The notes under the pieces: generated by a model
What the model saw: the letters and a program-made list of their open reading frames with translations, nothing else
Database searches by the model: none
What the model was told of the DNA's origin: nothing
NCBI GenBank assembly: GCA_051439505.1
Contig: JBFRWI010000141.1
Coordinates: forward strand, 1 to 29,678
Length of the DNA: 29,678 nt
Origin: Hormoscilla sp.
GTDB lineage: Bacteria > Cyanobacteriota > Cyanobacteriia > Cyanobacteriales > Desertifilaceae
Direction: 5' to 3'
In this document: piece after piece, positions 27,094 to 29,678 of the stretch
Numbering within the stretch: the first letter of the stretch is position 1
How the letters are laid out: each line of letters opens with the position of its first letter
Made by a program: the position numbers and the translations under genes

Positions 27094-27705
27094 GTGGTGT
27101 CAATTATACCATATCTAACAGAAACGCCGTCGGACGGCAAACCTGATGGAATTTCCGATCGCCCTGGGCCCAGCGATCGGGAACTGGTGCGCCGGTGTTT
27201 GCAAGGTTACAGGCACAGCTACCAACAGTTATATTGCCGTCATCAGGGGCAAGTCAGGTCCACTCTCTACCAACTCTGCGGCCCTTCCCATCTGGACGAT
27301 CTCGTGCAAGAGGTATTCTTGCGAGTTTGGAAGGGGTTGCCCAAGTTTCGCCAGGCATCCCAATTTTCCACTTGGCTATATCGGATCGTTTGGAATGTGG
27401 CCAGCACCGAACGTCGGCAGTTGGCCCAAGCTTACGAACAGCAGCAAACATTATGCCAAGCAGTTGGGACATCACCAGATAATTCTGACTTAATGCATTT
27501 ACATTATCAAGACCTAGTACGGCGGGGTTTAGCAAAACTCAGTCTCGATCATCGTGCTGTCTTGGTGCTGCATGACCTAGAGGATGTACCCCAAAAAGAA
27601 GTTGCTAAAATCTTATCGGTGCCTGTCGGCACGGTCAAATCTCGTCTATTTCATGCCCGTGCCGCTATGCGCAAGTTTCTACAAGCAGAAGGAGTGCAAC
27701 TATGA
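27094..27705 (+). CDS. ECF RNA polymerase sigma factor (SigH-like by gene context)
   Basis: DDLVQEVFLRVW, FSTWLYRI and GTVKSRLFHAR motifs; followed by anti-sigma and Spy/CpxP genes. Confidence 0.93.
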   Translation: MVSIIPYLTETPSDGKPDGISDRPGPSDRELVRRCLQGYRHSYQQLYCRHQGQVRSTLYQLCGPSHLDDLVQEVFLRVWKGLPKFRQASQFSTWLYRIVWNVASTERRQLAQAYEQQQTLCQAVGTSPDNSDLMHLHYQDLVRRGLAKLSLDHRAVLVLHDLEDVPQKEVAKILSVPVGTVKSRLFHARAAMRKFLQAEGVQL

Positions 27706-28067
27706 GTCACCCAGAGGACGATCGCCTACTCGAATTTTTGCACGAACATCGCCCCGCTGCGCCACCAGCAGCGGCTGATTTAGAGCAGCGAGTGATGTAC
27801 GGGATAGAAATAATTCCTCAACAACCAGAGCGAGAATATATCCTCCCCTACCGCCGTCCCTGGCTAGTTAGCGGGGCCTTAGCTGCTAGTTTACTGGTTG
27901 CCCTAGGGGGATATCGTCTGCTGACACCCGCAACTCCTACGGTTGCTGACAAAGCTAATTTAGAAGCATTTTTAGTCGAAAGCTGGGATGGCGTCATGAC
28001 TGGCAGCCAAACAGCTATTTACAGTCCCGAAGCTATTTTATCAGCGGAACCAACTTCTAACAATTAA
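27702..28067 (+). CDS. Putative membrane-anchored anti-sigma factor
   Basis: ATGA overlap with the sigma gene; single TM helix. Confidence 0.75.
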   Translation: MSHPEDDRLLEFLHEHRPAAPPAAADLEQRVMYGIEIIPQQPEREYILPYRRPWLVSGALAASLLVALGGYRLLTPATPTVADKANLEAFLVESWDGVMTGSQTAIYSPEAILSAEPTSNN

Positions 28068-28083
28068 CTGTGAGGTAATATCC

Positions 28084-28572
28084 ATGTTAGCACAAAAAAT
28101 ATCGGTTTTATCAATTTTGCTCCTATCTCTCGGTGGTGCTAGTGCTGAAGTTTTAGCCCTAGCCAATTCTGGGCCTCCTGCTCAAACGGTTGCCCAGAAC
28201 TTCAGAGGTCCAAAGGGACACCATCGCGGTCCGCAAATGCTGATGGAACAGCTCAATTTGTCTCAGGCACAAATGCAGGATCTTGAGGAAATTAAACAGA
28301 AGTATCAAGAGCAATTCGAGCGACAGCGTCAGCAACTGCATGAAGCTCAGCAGGAGTTGAGCGAACTGATGGCGGGTACTGCTTCTACTAGCCAGATCCG
28401 CAATAAATATCGCCAGGTTTCCCAGTTGCGGCAGCAGATGGGCGATCTTCATTTTGAAAGTTTGTTGGAAATGCGAGAAGTGCTCACTCCCGAACAACGC
28501 CGCCAGTTTGCCGAACAAATGCAACGGCGACATCGCGGTAGAGGCAAACCCATGCGGCAAGAAGAAAGGTAA
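28084..28572 (+). CDS. Spy/CpxP family periplasmic chaperone
   Basis: Signal peptide; LNLSQAQ and VLTPEQ (LTxxQ) motifs; Gln-rich helices. Confidence 0.9.
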   Translation: MLAQKISVLSILLLSLGGASAEVLALANSGPPAQTVAQNFRGPKGHHRGPQMLMEQLNLSQAQMQDLEEIKQKYQEQFERQRQQLHEAQQELSELMAGTASTSQIRNKYRQVSQLRQQMGDLHFESLLEMREVLTPEQRRQFAEQMQRRHRGRGKPMRQEER

Positions 28573-28594
28573 TAGCATCCCTTTAATTCTCTCT

Positions 28595-28680
28595 CTTCGC
28601 TGTTAGCCCGTTGGGGGTTCAAACCCCCGGCGTTACCAGGCGGAGCCAGGTAACTCGGTAGGAGTCGGTTAAAACCGACT
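28595..28680 (+). repeat. Double-hairpin dispersed element, copy 6, with a replaced linker
   Basis: Linker TAATAGCTAA replaced by GTTACCAGGCGGAGCCAGGTAACTCGGTAGG. Confidence 0.85.
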
Positions 28681-28813
28681 AATGAAATGACGAGCGAAAA
28701 TTATCCGATTTTTTCTTTTCGTATAAAATAGTTGCATGAATATAAAAATTGTTTTTTTTAATCAAAATAAGTGAGAATATATTTAATGTTTAATGTTTAC
28801 ATTTAAGGTGTTT

Positions 28814-29455
28814 ATGTCAAGAAAATCTGATTACATTTATCTGCACGGGTTTGCTTCCAGTCCCCTTTCTCGCAAGGCTCAGTATCTACGCGATCGCATT
28901 TTATCCGAGGAAATTAATTTACAGATTACTGACCTGAATATGGGGGATTTTTCCCATCTTACCCTGACGCGACAATTGCGGCAAGTTGAAGCTTTATTTC
29001 CCGACAATGGAAAGCCAGTTAGCATTATTGGCTCCAGTTTTGGGGGTTTAACGGCGGCTTGGCTGGGACAGTTGCATTCACAAGTGCAGCGGTTAGTTTT
29101 GCTGGCACCGGCGTTTCAATTTCTCACTCATTGGTTGCCACAACTGGGTGCTGCCCAAGTTGAAGGCTGGCAACGGGAACAATATCTGTCAGTTTATCAC
29201 TATGGCGAAGGGCGATCGCTGCCTCTGCATTACCAATTTGTGGTAGATCTGGGTCAATATCAAGAGGAACAGTTGCAACGACAAATTCCCACTCTCATCC
29301 TACACGGGCGTGATGATGAAGTAATTCCCATTCAAGCTAGCAGAGACTTTGCGAGTCAGCGTCCCTGGGTGCAGCTAATAGAACTGGATAGCGACCATAG
29401 TTTGGCAAATGTTCTGCCGGAAATTTGGCAAGAGATATTGAAATTTGGGAATTGA
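28814..29455 (+). CDS. YqiA/YcfP-like alpha/beta hydrolase (esterase)
   Basis: YLHGFASSP, GSSFGG, HGRDD and SDH motifs; ATG at 28814 follows AAGG. Confidence 0.9.
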   Translation: MSRKSDYIYLHGFASSPLSRKAQYLRDRILSEEINLQITDLNMGDFSHLTLTRQLRQVEALFPDNGKPVSIIGSSFGGLTAAWLGQLHSQVQRLVLLAPAFQFLTHWLPQLGAAQVEGWQREQYLSVYHYGEGRSLPLHYQFVVDLGQYQEEQLQRQIPTLILHGRDDEVIPIQASRDFASQRPWVQLIELDSDHSLANVLPEIWQEILKFGN

Positions 29456-29598
29456 AGAACAGTTTCACCGCTTGGGAACGGGTGTGGTCAAAACCCGTTG
29501 ATCGTGCAGCGGGATCTCTCAGTCGCCGGATCCCCCCAAACCCCCCTTAAGAAGCTATCCCTTACTCACATCTTTCTTAACATTTGTCGGGGGGGGTG

Positions 29599-29625
29599 GG
29601 GAGTGGGGAGTAGGGAGTGGGGAGA
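29599..29625 (+). repeat. Heptamer short tandem repeat (GGGAGT-G/A), STRR-like
   Basis: GGGGAGT GGGGAGT AGGGAGT GGGGAG; other heptamer runs at about 3406-3434, 6615-6659 and 26850-26880. Confidence 0.7.
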
Positions 29626-29678
29626 GGGGGGTTTCCAGTCGGCAGCATAGATGGTGGCAAAAGTCAAGCCCACGGAGG

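Noticed and set aside
363..28578. Numerous antisense or alternate-frame ORFs overlapping hyp, leuB, ABC, suc and sigma genes
   Set aside because: Shadow ORFs of well-supported genes with no independent motifs

Overview
Window from a filamentous cyanobacterium, probably Oscillatoriales. This is inferred from the very frequent HIP1 octamer GCGATCGC, XisH/XisI, and a cyanobacterial-type hyp cluster. Core genes: a minus-strand [NiFe]-hydrogenase maturation cluster (NHL-repeat gene, hypF, hypC, hypD, 4-oxalocrotonate-tautomerase-like gene, hypE), leuB, an ABC ATPase with two paralogous permeases, a PLP aminotransferase, sucC-sucD followed directly by an ABHD14B-like hydrolase, an ECF sigma/anti-sigma/Spy-CpxP trio, and a YqiA-like esterase. 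Accessory material sits at about 6.1-6.6 kb, 8-9.9 kb and 16.1-22.5 kb: stand-alone xisHI, an orphan DUF2442 gene, a sensor-less HTH-NB-ARC protein, a tandem-CARDB secreted protein, a PIN toxin-antitoxin pair and a PD-(D/E)XK gene. Intergenic DNA carries many small palindromic elements, some nested. The most unusual signal is a ~65-bp element that starts at HIP1, ends at a -10 box and occurs four times, each time followed by different cargo. A second, unrelated duplicated promoter with different downstream cargo lies upstream of hypF. Together they suggest promoter-anchored cassette exchange (inference). I found no CRISPR array, tRNA, rRNA, transposase or reverse transcriptase.
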